A program made the position numbers and the translations under genes. A stretch of DNA of 64,000 nt from a virus. Lineage: Duplodnaviria > Caudoviricetes. Positions 19,788-27,616 of this stretch are shown piece by piece. The stretch's first letter is position 1, and each line of letters opens with the position of its first letter. The notes beneath the pieces were generated by a model. It had not been told where the DNA came from and made no database searches. It saw nothing but the letters and a program-made list of their open reading frames with translations. The stretch is from positions 23,425-87,424 of IMG/VR virus record IMGVR_UViG_2811995317_000003; one strand, 5' to 3'.

Positions 19788-19853
19788 GAAAGGGGGATAA
19801 CGTGGCAGTGCTTTCGCACCCAATAGCCAGCTCATAACTGGCTATCAGTTGCG

Positions 19854-20606
19854 TCAGCCTGGAATGACCACGATGACGGTATTCACCATCGTTCCAGATG
19901 ACTTAAATGCACCTTCTGGCAGTTCTTCGATGTGTCCGCCGCGCTGTTCGATGAGTTGACGGAAATCAGTTGTCAGCTTGTTGCTTCGAAACGTCACAGA
20001 CGAAGCCATAACCGATACCAACAGGCCGCCAGGTTTAAGGAATTTCAGTGCGTGAGATACATGCTTAATATCTGCCTGTCGGCCAAAGGGAGGATTCATA
20101 ACAATGCGATCGAAAGATGCCATGGGCTCAACAGAAAGGAAGTCTATGGGGTCACCAATTTTCGCGTTTTTGATATTCATACTGTGAAGGTGAGCATTAT
20201 TTTCTGGCATCAGTTCGAACATATCGACTTTAACGTCCAAAGCTGATTGTTGAGCGGCCAGCGCTAAGGCTCCCTTACCAGCACTTGGCTCAAGAACTCG
20301 CATGCCGTTTTGAATATCTGCCAATTCTATTACTCGTTCGGCTACAGCTGGCGGGGTCGGGAAGAACTCAAAATCATCCTTTGGTACAACGACGTCACCG
20401 GTGAGAATAATTTGCTCGATGCGATCTGAGGCATCGGTATCAAAAATGTGCGCTTTGGCTTTGCGATTCCATTTCCCTCCAGCGGCCTCCAAAACTTTAT
20501 TTGTTCTGGTGTAGAGGTTACGATCAAGCTGACCGGTAAGGAAGAGTTGCGGGCCATTACACTCTGCCGCGCTCAGTACGTTCAAAACTTCATTATCTAC
20601 TCGCAT
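19854..20606 (-). CDS. Orphan class I SAM-dependent DNA methyltransferase (N6-adenine type)
   Basis: FFPTP, VLEPSAGKG and IVMNPPF motifs. Confidence 0.85.
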   Translation of the reverse strand: MRVDNEVLNVLSAAECNGPQLFLTGQLDRNLYTRTNKVLEAAGGKWNRKAKAHIFDTDASDRIEQIILTGDVVVPKDDFEFFPTPPAVAERVIELADIQNGMRVLEPSAGKGALALAAQQSALDVKVDMFELMPENNAHLHSMNIKNAKIGDPIDFLSVEPMASFDRIVMNPPFGRQADIKHVSHALKFLKPGGLLVSVMASSVTFRSNKLTTDFRQLIEQRGGHIEELPEGAFKSSGTMVNTVIVVIPG

Positions 20607-20624
20607 TCGTTGATCTCCGGGCGT

Positions 20625-20644
20625 AAAAAAAGCCCTGATGGGCT
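20625..20644 (-). terminator. Intrinsic terminator
   Basis: AGCCC-ATCA-GGGCT plus T-run. Confidence 0.6.
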
Positions 20645-20650
20645 GGGTGA

Positions 20651-20764
20651 TTAAATTTTGTTTTCAGTGGCGTCATTCAAGCTTATTGAGAAGGGAGATA
20701 TAGTCGACGATGGCGGCACCAAGGCCCCGGACATGACAGCTAATGCGATGGATGTTCGTTTCAT
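20651..20764 (-). CDS. 37-aa ORF with signal-peptide-like N-terminus
   Basis: RBS GGGAG; MKRTSIALAVMSGAL; absent from the ORF track. Confidence 0.4.
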   Translation of the reverse strand: MKRTSIALAVMSGALVPPSSTISPFSISLNDATENKI

Positions 20765-20815
20765 GGATGCTCCCGGAACTGTCGGTTAATTCGGTTGAAG
20801 GTGAATGCCAGCAAT

Positions 20816-20838
20816 AAAAAAGGCCGCGATAGCGACCT
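20816..20838 (-). terminator. Intrinsic terminator
   Basis: AGGTCGC-TATC-GCGGCCT plus T-run. Confidence 0.7.
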
Positions 20839-20852
20839 GGGGATTAGTGCTT

Positions 20853-21044
20853 TCATGCTGCGCCGCCTTCATTCTTTTCGGCTTCGACCGCCATCTGCTC
20901 AAGCCGTCGCGATAGCTCGGCGGCCAGCGTCTGGAATTCTTCCTCTGTCGCCACCGGGATCGGCACAAAGCGAATCCCGATTTGCGCGAGGTTATTGGCA
21001 ATTTCGAGGCTCTTCCTCAAATCAACTGGAGAGACTCTGTTCAT
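20853..21044 (-). CDS. Small conserved phage protein (DUF1382-like)
   Basis: SPVDLRKSLEIAN..GIRFVPIPV; ATGA coupling. Confidence 0.7.
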   Translation of the reverse strand: MNRVSPVDLRKSLEIANNLAQIGIRFVPIPVATEEEFQTLAAELSRRLEQMAVEAEKNEGGAA

Positions 21045-21337
21045 GCGGCGCGATCCTCTTCCTGGAAGATAATTTCCATTTCCAGCTTCTCGGCCAGGGC
21101 ATTCTCCGCTCGGGCACCAGCGGAGTGCTCCCAGCCTTCAAGCATGTAGATAGCATCAGCACAGCGAAGCATTGCCAGGCAGATGTCCATGTACTCGGCC
21201 TGGGTTAATCCATCTGGTAGACGGGCGGGATTCAGAACAATATGGCCTTTTGACCAGAGATGAAAATGCGCATGGTTAAAAGCGGCGCGGTTAAAATTAG
21301 GTAGGCCGCTCATGGGCCCGGCAATATAAACTTTCAC
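21041..21337 (-). CDS. DUF4406-type protein (nucleoside deoxyribosyltransferase-like fold)
   Basis: VYIAGPMSG, LNPA and W..S.GARAE motifs. Confidence 0.8.
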   Translation of the reverse strand: MKVYIAGPMSGLPNFNRAAFNHAHFHLWSKGHIVLNPARLPDGLTQAEYMDICLAMLRCADAIYMLEGWEHSAGARAENALAEKLEMEIIFQEEDRAA

Positions 21338-21552
21338 GATTCCACTCCGAAGCGGCGATTAAGCCTGCCTGTGTATACGACGAACTCCAGGAGGCTAACT
21401 CCCAGAGCTTCAATTTTCTTGTGATGCTTGTTGATGATGGGTGGCACCGTTTCGTTCCAGTTAGGCTTTGGCTTCTTGCGCATGGCCTGCTGGATTTCCT
21501 CGGTGCAGCGGCGGCAGGCGGCGCGGACGGCGTTTTCATTTGCTGGCGTCAT
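21334..21552 (-). CDS. Hypothetical phage protein
   Basis: Coupled by 4-nt overlaps on both sides. Confidence 0.65.
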   Translation of the reverse strand: MTPANENAVRAACRRCTEEIQQAMRKKPKPNWNETVPPIINKHHKKIEALGVSLLEFVVYTGRLNRRFGVES

Positions 21553-22208
21553 GCGGCCTCCGTTTTCACAACATCGATGGCGCAGCCGGGCAGCAATTCA
21601 ACCGCGGCGGTGTCGCACTGATTTCCCCAGTGATCCCAGCCCGGCGCCGCGCAGCGGCTGAATAACTCAATGCGTGGCACATCGCCGTACAGCAACTCCA
21701 GCCGATGACGCACTTCCCACGGCTTTTCGCTGTGAGCGCCCAGCGGGCTGTAGACCACCTGCTTAATCCCGGCGTGCTTTCGCTCCAGCCCGGCGCCGCG
21801 GGTGGCAATCAACAGGTCTTCTGTATTGGCCCGGGTGTGGTTGCCTCCATTCATGCGCGTCTCGGCGTTAAGCAGATCGAGGAAGTCGTAAAAGTCGGTG
21901 ACTTCACCCTCGGCCAGCGCCTTGTTGATGCGCAGCTCGGCGTTCTGATTCAGCTTCACCCAGGTAAAGCCCTTCATAGTGCGAACGGTAAAACCCCACG
22001 CCTCGGCCAGTTCGATAGCCTCCTGGTTATGCGTCCCGGTGTACCACATCGCCAGCGCCGCGTTTTCGGCGGCAAGTTCCCACACTGGCAGGCGCTTGAT
22101 GTCGATGAGTTTCATGGTGGAGTAGTGATCGGCAGCGGCGCCGTTGCTGATTGTGTTGCCGTAAGCCCACGGAGGATCAGCATAGATAAGAGAGTATTTT
22201 CCGGTCAT
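21549..22208 (-). CDS. MT-A70 family DNA methyltransferase
   Basis: YADPPW, HSEKP and IELFSR motifs. Confidence 0.88.
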   Translation of the reverse strand: MTGKYSLIYADPPWAYGNTISNGAAADHYSTMKLIDIKRLPVWELAAENAALAMWYTGTHNQEAIELAEAWGFTVRTMKGFTWVKLNQNAELRINKALAEGEVTDFYDFLDLLNAETRMNGGNHTRANTEDLLIATRGAGLERKHAGIKQVVYSPLGAHSEKPWEVRHRLELLYGDVPRIELFSRCAAPGWDHWGNQCDTAAVELLPGCAIDVVKTEAA

Positions 22209-22669
22209 GCATCCTCCCGCTCCGGATCGCTAACATCCCAGCCATTACGCTCAATATTGGTTTGCAGCCGCTTATCTCCGACCTCATCGATGCTGCGGCC
22301 GGTAATCGCTGCGACTTCAGAGTTTGAGTGCCGCCACAGCAGCGCCAGCTCTTCGGTAGTCCATTCAGGCATGACTTTTCCCCCTGCCGATCGGGCAAGT
22401 GAGTTGCGCTTGCTGCGCACGGAGTGGATAGAGCGGCCGGTGGCCGCGGCGATTTCTTCGGGAGTGAATCGGCCAAACAGAAACAGCTCTGCTTTGGTCC
22501 ACCTCCTGAAGTTCGTACTGGCTGGGAATTTCACATCGAGGCGAGCCGCCTGGGTGTAAACGGCGCGCTCTGTTCTTTCCAGTTTTTTGGCAATCAATGA
22601 GATGGGCATCTGTCCTGCAACTTCATGCAGGAACAGGTTTTCCCACGGCTGCCAGTGATTGGCGCCCAT
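22205..22669 (-). CDS. Protein with repeated HTH/Myb-like motifs
   Basis: Three W..E...L repeats each followed by IA...GRS/RT; start set at ATG 22669. Confidence 0.65.
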   Translation of the reverse strand: MGANHWQPWENLFLHEVAGQMPISLIAKKLERTERAVYTQAARLDVKFPASTNFRRWTKAELFLFGRFTPEEIAAATGRSIHSVRSKRNSLARSAGGKVMPEWTTEELALLWRHSNSEVAAITGRSIDEVGDKRLQTNIERNGWDVSDPEREDA

Positions 22670-22671
22670 GA

Positions 22672-23358
22672 CTATCTCCACTGTTCCCCGAACGTGAATC
22701 CGATCTCCGCCAGCGCCTCGTCCATCTTCTCAATAAACTCCGGCACCATTTCGTTGAAATCGGACATGTACTGCGGATCCCGCTCAACGACGACGTGGTG
22801 AATACCTTCGCGTTTCATGCGCGGGTCGTAGTTGGCAAAAAACCAGGCGTCTTTCCCGGTCACCCACATGCTGTACTGCACCTGGGCCATGTACGCGGAC
22901 TTGATGGCTTCGAAACCGCCAAGGCGGAATTTCATGAAGTCTCGGGAGGTGAACGGGCATTTCAGTTCGAGGCCGAAATTATTACTGCAAAGGCCGTCAG
23001 GGGAGCACGCGGTGCGCATGCTCTCGTCACGGAACAGGATCGGAGACTCCGTGACTTTCACGTCGGTGGTGAACTCGAAGAGAGTGCGGGCGTCTTCCTC
23101 GTACTGCTTGCCCCAAGCGAGAGCCTTGGCGTTAACCTCTGGCGCCACGCCGGTGCATACCTCGGCGAGCAGCGTGTGGAAGTAGGACATTTTCATGTCT
23201 GTCCATTTGGTGCCAGATCGAGGCTTGGAAATGACGTTGTGAGCGTCAGAGGCAGTAATAACTCCGAGTCTCGCCCTTGCCCATGTCTCGCTGCCTTGCT
23301 CAATTTGTGCAATTGGCCCAAATATTTGCTCAAATTTAATGAGCCACGTGTTATCCAT
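22672..23358 (-). CDS. exo: Lambda-type exonuclease (YqaJ family)
   Basis: [28 protein letters not shown] and LELKCP. Confidence 0.92.
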   Translation of the reverse strand: MDNTWLIKFEQIFGPIAQIEQGSETWARARLGVITASDAHNVISKPRSGTKWTDMKMSYFHTLLAEVCTGVAPEVNAKALAWGKQYEEDARTLFEFTTDVKVTESPILFRDESMRTACSPDGLCSNNFGLELKCPFTSRDFMKFRLGGFEAIKSAYMAQVQYSMWVTGKDAWFFANYDPRMKREGIHHVVVERDPQYMSDFNEMVPEFIEKMDEALAEIGFTFGEQWR

Positions 23359-23971
23359 ATTTCCTCTCCTTACGGCAGTTGGCTCTTGGCGGGATGTTTA
23401 TGCCTCTATTGTTGTAGCCGTGACACCATTTGTGGATGGTTGCTGATTTCACGCCAAAATGATTCGCCGCGGCTCCGGCGCTTTCAAAACGCAACCCATC
23501 AACAAACCAGTAAAACGATGTGCTTCTGTTTTCCGCCTGTTTGGTAACCGTTGCCCATCTGCAATTGTCTTTTGAATACGGGCCTTCATTGTTCTTCCGA
23601 TCTAGCTGATGCTTAGGCGTAGGAGGTGGCCCCATATCTTCAAGAAATAGCTCGAACGTCAGCCACCTTTCGCAGATGCCGCGCTTACTGTATTTTTCGA
23701 AGTCTTTGTTGTTCGGGTTCGTGCAGCGGTTTTTCATTCCGCTCCAAATCCTGTAAACGCGGGTATTGCGCTGGCCGTGAGTAGCGTTTTTTCCTGTCAT
23801 GCATCCGCAGCTGCTTATTGAATTGTTTTTAAGCTGATTTGCGGCTCTATAGCAGGAATTACCGCACACACAAAGGCATAGATACATCCTTCTACCTCTC
23901 AGCATGTGCGAGTATTCTTTGACGGTTAAGTGCCCATATTTTTCACCGGGCATAAGCGAATTGGCGTTCAT
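23351..23971 (-). CDS. HNH-like homing endonuclease
   Basis: CxCxCG..SCGC N-terminus, LDRKNN..YS.DNCRWAT core, C-terminal HTH. Confidence 0.7.
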   Translation of the reverse strand: MNANSLMPGEKYGHLTVKEYSHMLRGRRMYLCLCVCGNSCYRAANQLKNNSISSCGCMTGKNATHGQRNTRVYRIWSGMKNRCTNPNNKDFEKYSKRGICERWLTFELFLEDMGPPPTPKHQLDRKNNEGPYSKDNCRWATVTKQAENRSTSFYWFVDGLRFESAGAAANHFGVKSATIHKWCHGYNNRGINIPPRANCRKERKYG

Positions 23972-24885
23972 GCTGCCGCCTTCTTCTTGAGGAAGCCTAG
24001 GGCCTTAACTGCCTCGGCTTGGGTAAGCTCGGATGAATCGCGAATATCACGACGGAAAATTTGCGAACAGACTGGGAGCAGGTTTTCTTCCCATGTCTTA
24101 TCCATTGCGATAAGGACGTCGTTAATCTCCTTGATAATTTCGTCCCCTGCTGGGGTTACATCGCGTTCTGGCTGGCGTTCTGCTGAGAAGTTGATACCTT
24201 CCTCACCCTCGGTATTAACATGGTCGATGGCGGCGTCCAGGCGCTCACGTCGAGGCCAGTATTTTGCTGCCTGCTTCACGACCGTCTTGAGGATCATCTG
24301 CTCTTCATCGGTGACCCAGGGACACTTCTTGCTGTTGTCAGATTTGAACTTCTTCCACGCTTCAGACCGGTCACGGATGGAGTAGATGGCATCGATGCGC
24401 ATCGTATGAGTGAGGTAATCACCATCGTCAGTTTTTACAGTTACATACGCCCCTACGATGTCTCCGCGCTGCTCTTCGGTATCAAAATCGTTGTAGATAT
24501 GGATCGGCGGCTTATCGAGCCCTTCCCGGCGGAACTGGTCGTTTCTTCGAACAATAGCCGACTGGCACCACTTAATGGCGCCAGACTGCTGCGCGATATG
24601 CATCAGGCCCATGTAACTGATGTCGAGGCAAATAGCCCCTTTACGCGGAACCAGGTAAGCCAGCTTCTGAGCTGGGTTTAGCGAAATACCGATAGCCGCA
24701 ACGTTGATGATCGCGTTCTGTGTGCTGGTCTGGTTCTGGAATGCAACTTTCGCGAGGTAGTCGTTGTTCTGAAATAGCTGGATGGCGAACTGACTTTCCT
24801 TCGCCCACACCATCCGCTCGTCAGTGGCCGCCTTAATGAAAAGCGGCTCCTGTTGTTTGACGAAATCAACAAGGGTTAAGCTCAT
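23968..24885 (-). CDS. recT: RecT-family ssDNA annealing protein
   Basis: [18 protein letters not shown] and M..KTVVK; Red-beta-like C-terminal [15 protein letters not shown]. Confidence 0.85.
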   Translation of the reverse strand: MSLTLVDFVKQQEPLFIKAATDERMVWAKESQFAIQLFQNNDYLAKVAFQNQTSTQNAIINVAAIGISLNPAQKLAYLVPRKGAICLDISYMGLMHIAQQSGAIKWCQSAIVRRNDQFRREGLDKPPIHIYNDFDTEEQRGDIVGAYVTVKTDDGDYLTHTMRIDAIYSIRDRSEAWKKFKSDNSKKCPWVTDEEQMILKTVVKQAAKYWPRRERLDAAIDHVNTEGEEGINFSAERQPERDVTPAGDEIIKEINDVLIAMDKTWEENLLPVCSQIFRRDIRDSSELTQAEAVKALGFLKKKAAA

Positions 24886-24894
24886 AGTCCCTCC

Positions 24895-25176
24895 TTAAAA
24901 TGGGCAGATTGGATGAAGGCGATCCCACTCTTCTTCGGCGCGGTCGTAACAGATGCGTGTGACATAGTCGTTATAGGCTTCCTCTGCCTTTTCACCGACT
25001 AGTGCCATTTGCGCTTCTTTTGGGAGAAACAGGCTACTCATTTGCAAAGCATATTTCGGGAACATGGCGATCAGTTCTTTCGCTCTGTCGTCGATCCACT
25101 TCTCTTTCTCGTCGGTGAGCTGCTGCTCAACCCACCGCCGATCTTCGATGCGGTCGTAAGTGAGGTATGCGTTCAT
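24895..25176 (-). CDS. gam: Gam-like host nuclease inhibitor
   Basis: MNAY..DRIE N-terminus; canonical gam position. Confidence 0.6.
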   Translation of the reverse strand: MNAYLTYDRIEDRRWVEQQLTDEKEKWIDDRAKELIAMFPKYALQMSSLFLPKEAQMALVGEKAEEAYNDYVTRICYDRAEEEWDRLHPICPF

Positions 25177-25682
25177 AAATTCTCCGGTTTTCTTTCTTCA
25201 TGAACGGCATGTTTGCCGTGCATGCGCTCTCTTGCTGCAACGACAACGGCCCTGGCCTCATTAAGGTCGGTGAAATTTCCAAGGTGGTGTTTTTTGCCGT
25301 CTATAGAGCAGCGCGCATGCCAGCGTTTATCTTTCTTGTTCCAATAAACGCCTTTTACGCCGCTTGTGTTATTTTTTGGAGAGAGCTTATTGAGTTGATT
25401 AATCCAGTGAGGAACGTCTCTGAGGTTGCATAACCGGTTATCAGTTCTGATGCCGTTTATGTGGTCTATTTCGTGCTCGGGCCATGAACCATAGGAATAA
25501 AACCATGCAAGCCGGTGGCACAAATATCTTTCGTGGTCGATTGAGATACGAAGATAGCCAAAGGGATTTAATGATCCGGCTATAGTTCCAGAAACCATTC
25601 CACCGGCTGTTTTGAGCCTGGTGAAGATTCCTGTCTCTGCATCGTAGTGAAACAATTCCTTTAACCTCTGAATTGAAAGCAT
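25173..25682 (-). CDS. HNH homing endonuclease with AP2-like C-terminus
   Basis: HRLAW, IDHING.RTDNRLCNLR and SGVKGVYW. Confidence 0.85.
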   Translation of the reverse strand: MLSIQRLKELFHYDAETGIFTRLKTAGGMVSGTIAGSLNPFGYLRISIDHERYLCHRLAWFYSYGSWPEHEIDHINGIRTDNRLCNLRDVPHWINQLNKLSPKNNTSGVKGVYWNKKDKRWHARCSIDGKKHHLGNFTDLNEARAVVVAARERMHGKHAVHEERKPENL

Positions 25683-25728
25683 GGCAATGCCTCCCGGTTA
25701 GGCCAGGCCGATCGGTTGAATATGGGGG

Positions 25729-25941
25729 TTAGTGCTGGATAGGGTTGCCGTGACCGTCCAGAAGGACGTCAATCACGCAGTCACTGAGTCGGATGATTTC
25801 TGCATCGGTGTGCAGATACACCCATTTGCGCTCCTGAATGACTGCTGAGACGCGATAGGTGCGGCCTTCATGCATTGCCATCATACCTGGAGTGACGCAC
25901 TGGCGAATGAGCGGGGTGGTGCCGTAATGCATTCCGTTCAT
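25729..25941 (-). CDS. Hypothetical pL-operon protein
   Basis: ATGA coupling at 25938-25941. Confidence 0.6.
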   Translation of the reverse strand: MNGMHYGTTPLIRQCVTPGMMAMHEGRTYRVSAVIQERKWVYLHTDAEIIRLSDCVIDVLLDGHGNPIQH

Positions 25942-26138
25942 GAGCTCTCTCCATTGCCGTTTCTGCATTCCCATAGCTCTGCATACTCTTGCATTAATGA
26001 AGCTATGTTTTGTTTCAGGAAAACCTTATTGCCGTTGCTTGCATCTGATTTATCTATCAGACTCTTCAATCTTTCTTTAAGCTTTGATCGGCGGTTTTTA
26101 TTCACGTTTTTTTGTCGATAGTGAGAGGGGATGCTCAT
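25938..26138 (-). CDS. Hypothetical basic protein, AT-rich
   Basis: Coupled overlaps on both sides. Confidence 0.55.
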   Translation of the reverse strand: MSIPSHYRQKNVNKNRRSKLKERLKSLIDKSDASNGNKVFLKQNIASLMQEYAELWECRNGNGESS

Positions 26139-26293
26139 ACCTTCACCTCAACCTGTACCAGGAGGCCAGCCATATGCATCTGCCAGCGGTTAAGTACCAA
26201 CTTTTCACGCGGTGCAGATACCGACGTCAGCTGCCACTCGTTATCGTTGAGCTTTTTGGCGGTGTACTGCTTGCCGTTGTGGGTGACTTTCAT
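26135..26293 (-). CDS. 52-aa hypothetical phage protein
   Basis: MKVTHNGKQYTAKKLNDNEWQL..., RBS GGAGG, coupled overlaps; absent from the ORF track. Confidence 0.65.
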   Translation of the reverse strand: MKVTHNGKQYTAKKLNDNEWQLTSVSAPREKLVLNRWQMHMAGLLVQVEVKV

Positions 26294-26538
26294 GATGCCT
26301 CCAGCTTTTCTTTGAAGTCGGCGCGGAGGTGAATCTCTTTCCCATCAGCTGTCGGGAATATCAGGATGTCATCACGAACCGCGAGAAGATGGGCCACTGC
26401 AAATAGCGCCTCGTCTGTTACATCAAATTTCTCACCAGTGAACTCACGAACGCCGGGCGCCAATTTGCTTGGCTTTGACCGACCCGCGAAAATTCGCTTC
26501 GTCAGGCCTGAAAAACCTACTGTGATTGGGTTGCTCAT
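26290..26538 (-). CDS. Hypothetical phage protein
   Basis: Coupled overlaps. Confidence 0.6.
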   Translation of the reverse strand: MSNPITVGFSGLTKRIFAGRSKPSKLAPGVREFTGEKFDVTDEALFAVAHLLAVRDDILIFPTADGKEIHLRADFKEKLEAS

Positions 26539-26792
26539 GATGCCCCCCGGGCGCGAAGCATTGCGTCAGCTATCTGGTACGCTTCGGTTGCTGTGCGGTC
26601 ATCGCTACACAACCAGTCAGGATTCGCTAATCGACCCTGCATGGCCTTAGCCGCGAAGTAATCTCGCATCGTCATGCCACTAAAGTTAGCTGTCTTACCA
26701 GGAGCCAACTCAATGCCGAATGTGTTCATTGTCTCGCTGGAATTGTTAACAAGTACGTATGGGAATGCTGGTCCGCCTGCCTGAATTTTCAT
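26535..26792 (-). CDS. Conserved phage protein (GMTMRDYFAAKAMQG family)
   Basis: GGPAFP and RDYFAAKAMQG motifs; start at 26792 after GGAG. Confidence 0.7.
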   Translation of the reverse strand: MKIQAGGPAFPYVLVNNSSETMNTFGIELAPGKTANFSGMTMRDYFAAKAMQGRLANPDWLCSDDRTATEAYQIADAMLRARGAS

Positions 26793-26909
26793 AATCATCT
26801 CCGCGCTTAAGCCGCGCCGCTGAACGTTAACAAAGACTTCTGCGCTAATGGGCGGTGTATGGCCGCCGGTTGTCATAACTTGAGTCACTCGTAAATGACT
26901 CCAGGTATG

Positions 26910-26934
26910 AAAAAGGCCGCCTACCTGGCAGCCT
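26910..26934 (-). terminator. tL-type intrinsic terminator
   Basis: AGGCTGCC-AGGTA-GGCGGCCT plus T-run. Confidence 0.75.
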
Positions 26935-27011
26935 CAACCTGAATGAGTGCCGGGGTATTTATCCGCGCCCGGCGCGCGCTTTCCCGCTATTCCCCAACAG
27001 CAAGAAATCGC

Positions 27012-27353
27012 TTACTCTTTAATCTCCCCAACAGTAGAAAGGATATATTCATGCAAACCATGCGGACCGTGTGCCCTGACTGCGGAAGTGAGATGTTCAA
27101 CCAGCCCGATGATTTTGACTTTGAGACAAATTTCACCGGCGTCAGTTGTGCTGACTGTGGTCGAGAAATCACTAAGGACGATGTTGTCAATCAGGCCACG
27201 GACACGGTCAAAAAACAGATCGACGACATGCTCAGGAATTCCCTCAAAGGAACTGGCTGGAAGTTCAAGTAGCTTTAAAAGCTCCCCAGTCTGAGTAAGC
27301 ACCTCGCTGGCGTCTACGTTAAGCAGTAGTGGCGCCGTTTTTTTATCTGACAT
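27012..27353 (-). CDS. First pL-operon ORF, hypothetical; not N or Nun
   Basis: RBS GAGGGG just after putL; no Arg-rich motif; partly antisense to a zinc-ribbon gene. Confidence 0.45.
   Translation of the reverse strand: MSDKKTAPLLLNVDASEVLTQTGELLKLLELPASSFEGIPEHVVDLFFDRVRGLIDNIVLSDFSTTVSTTDAGEICLKVKIIGLVEHLTSAVRAHGPHGLHEYILSTVGEIKE
27051..27272 (+). CDS. Small zinc-ribbon protein
   Basis: CPDC...CADC; RBS AAAGGA; opposite strand to the pL operon. Confidence 0.7.
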   Translation: MQTMRTVCPDCGSEMFNQPDDFDFETNFTGVSCADCGREITKDDVVNQATDTVKKQIDDMLRNSLKGTGWKFK

Positions 27354-27413
27354 ACACACCCCTCTGATTGTTTACCGTCAGCCCCTCGCAAAGAGCTGTT
27401 GGTAAATCGCTTT

Positions 27414-27481
27414 GCCATAATTGCCGCTCTTCCTGAGCCCGCCTATGGTCCGACGCATGGTTTACTGTCGCGCCGTTCGAC
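27414..27481 (-). ncRNA. putL: putL-like cis-acting antiterminator RNA (HK022 type)
   Basis: GTCGAACGGCGCGAC-AGTAAACCATGCGTCGG-ACCATAGGCGGGCTCAGGAAGAGCGGCAATTATGGC just after pL; two-stem architecture matching recalled HK022 putL. Confidence 0.85.
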
Positions 27482-27513
27482 TGACCGAAACGCTGTGTTG
27501 TTTCGATGGGCTT

Positions 27514-27556
27514 ATAATGTACTGAAAGTTCATTCATGTAAAGTACCAATAGTACA
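27514..27556 (-). promoter_or_regulatory. pL promoter with OL1 and OL2 operators
   Basis: -35 TTTACA, 17 bp, -10 CATTAT; 15-bp TGWAC-N5-GTWCA sites at 27518-27532 and 27542-27556. Confidence 0.8.
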
Positions 27557-27616
27557 TATTTTAGGTAAAAAAAGTCCATTTTGTCATAACATAATGAACT
27601 TTAAGGTAATTTATTT

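Noticed and set aside
19520-19819. 100-aa N-terminal extension of integrase in the ORF track
   Set aside because: It overlaps xis and a terminator; the P22-type start with an RBS is at 19519
21705-23547. Long plus-strand ORFs (284 and 250 aa)
   Set aside because: Antisense shadows of the MTase, HTH and exo genes, with no motifs or RBS
27012-27520. N or nun gene and boxA/boxB nut site after pL
   Set aside because: No Arg-rich small ORF or nut-like sequence was seen; a put-like RNA is there instead
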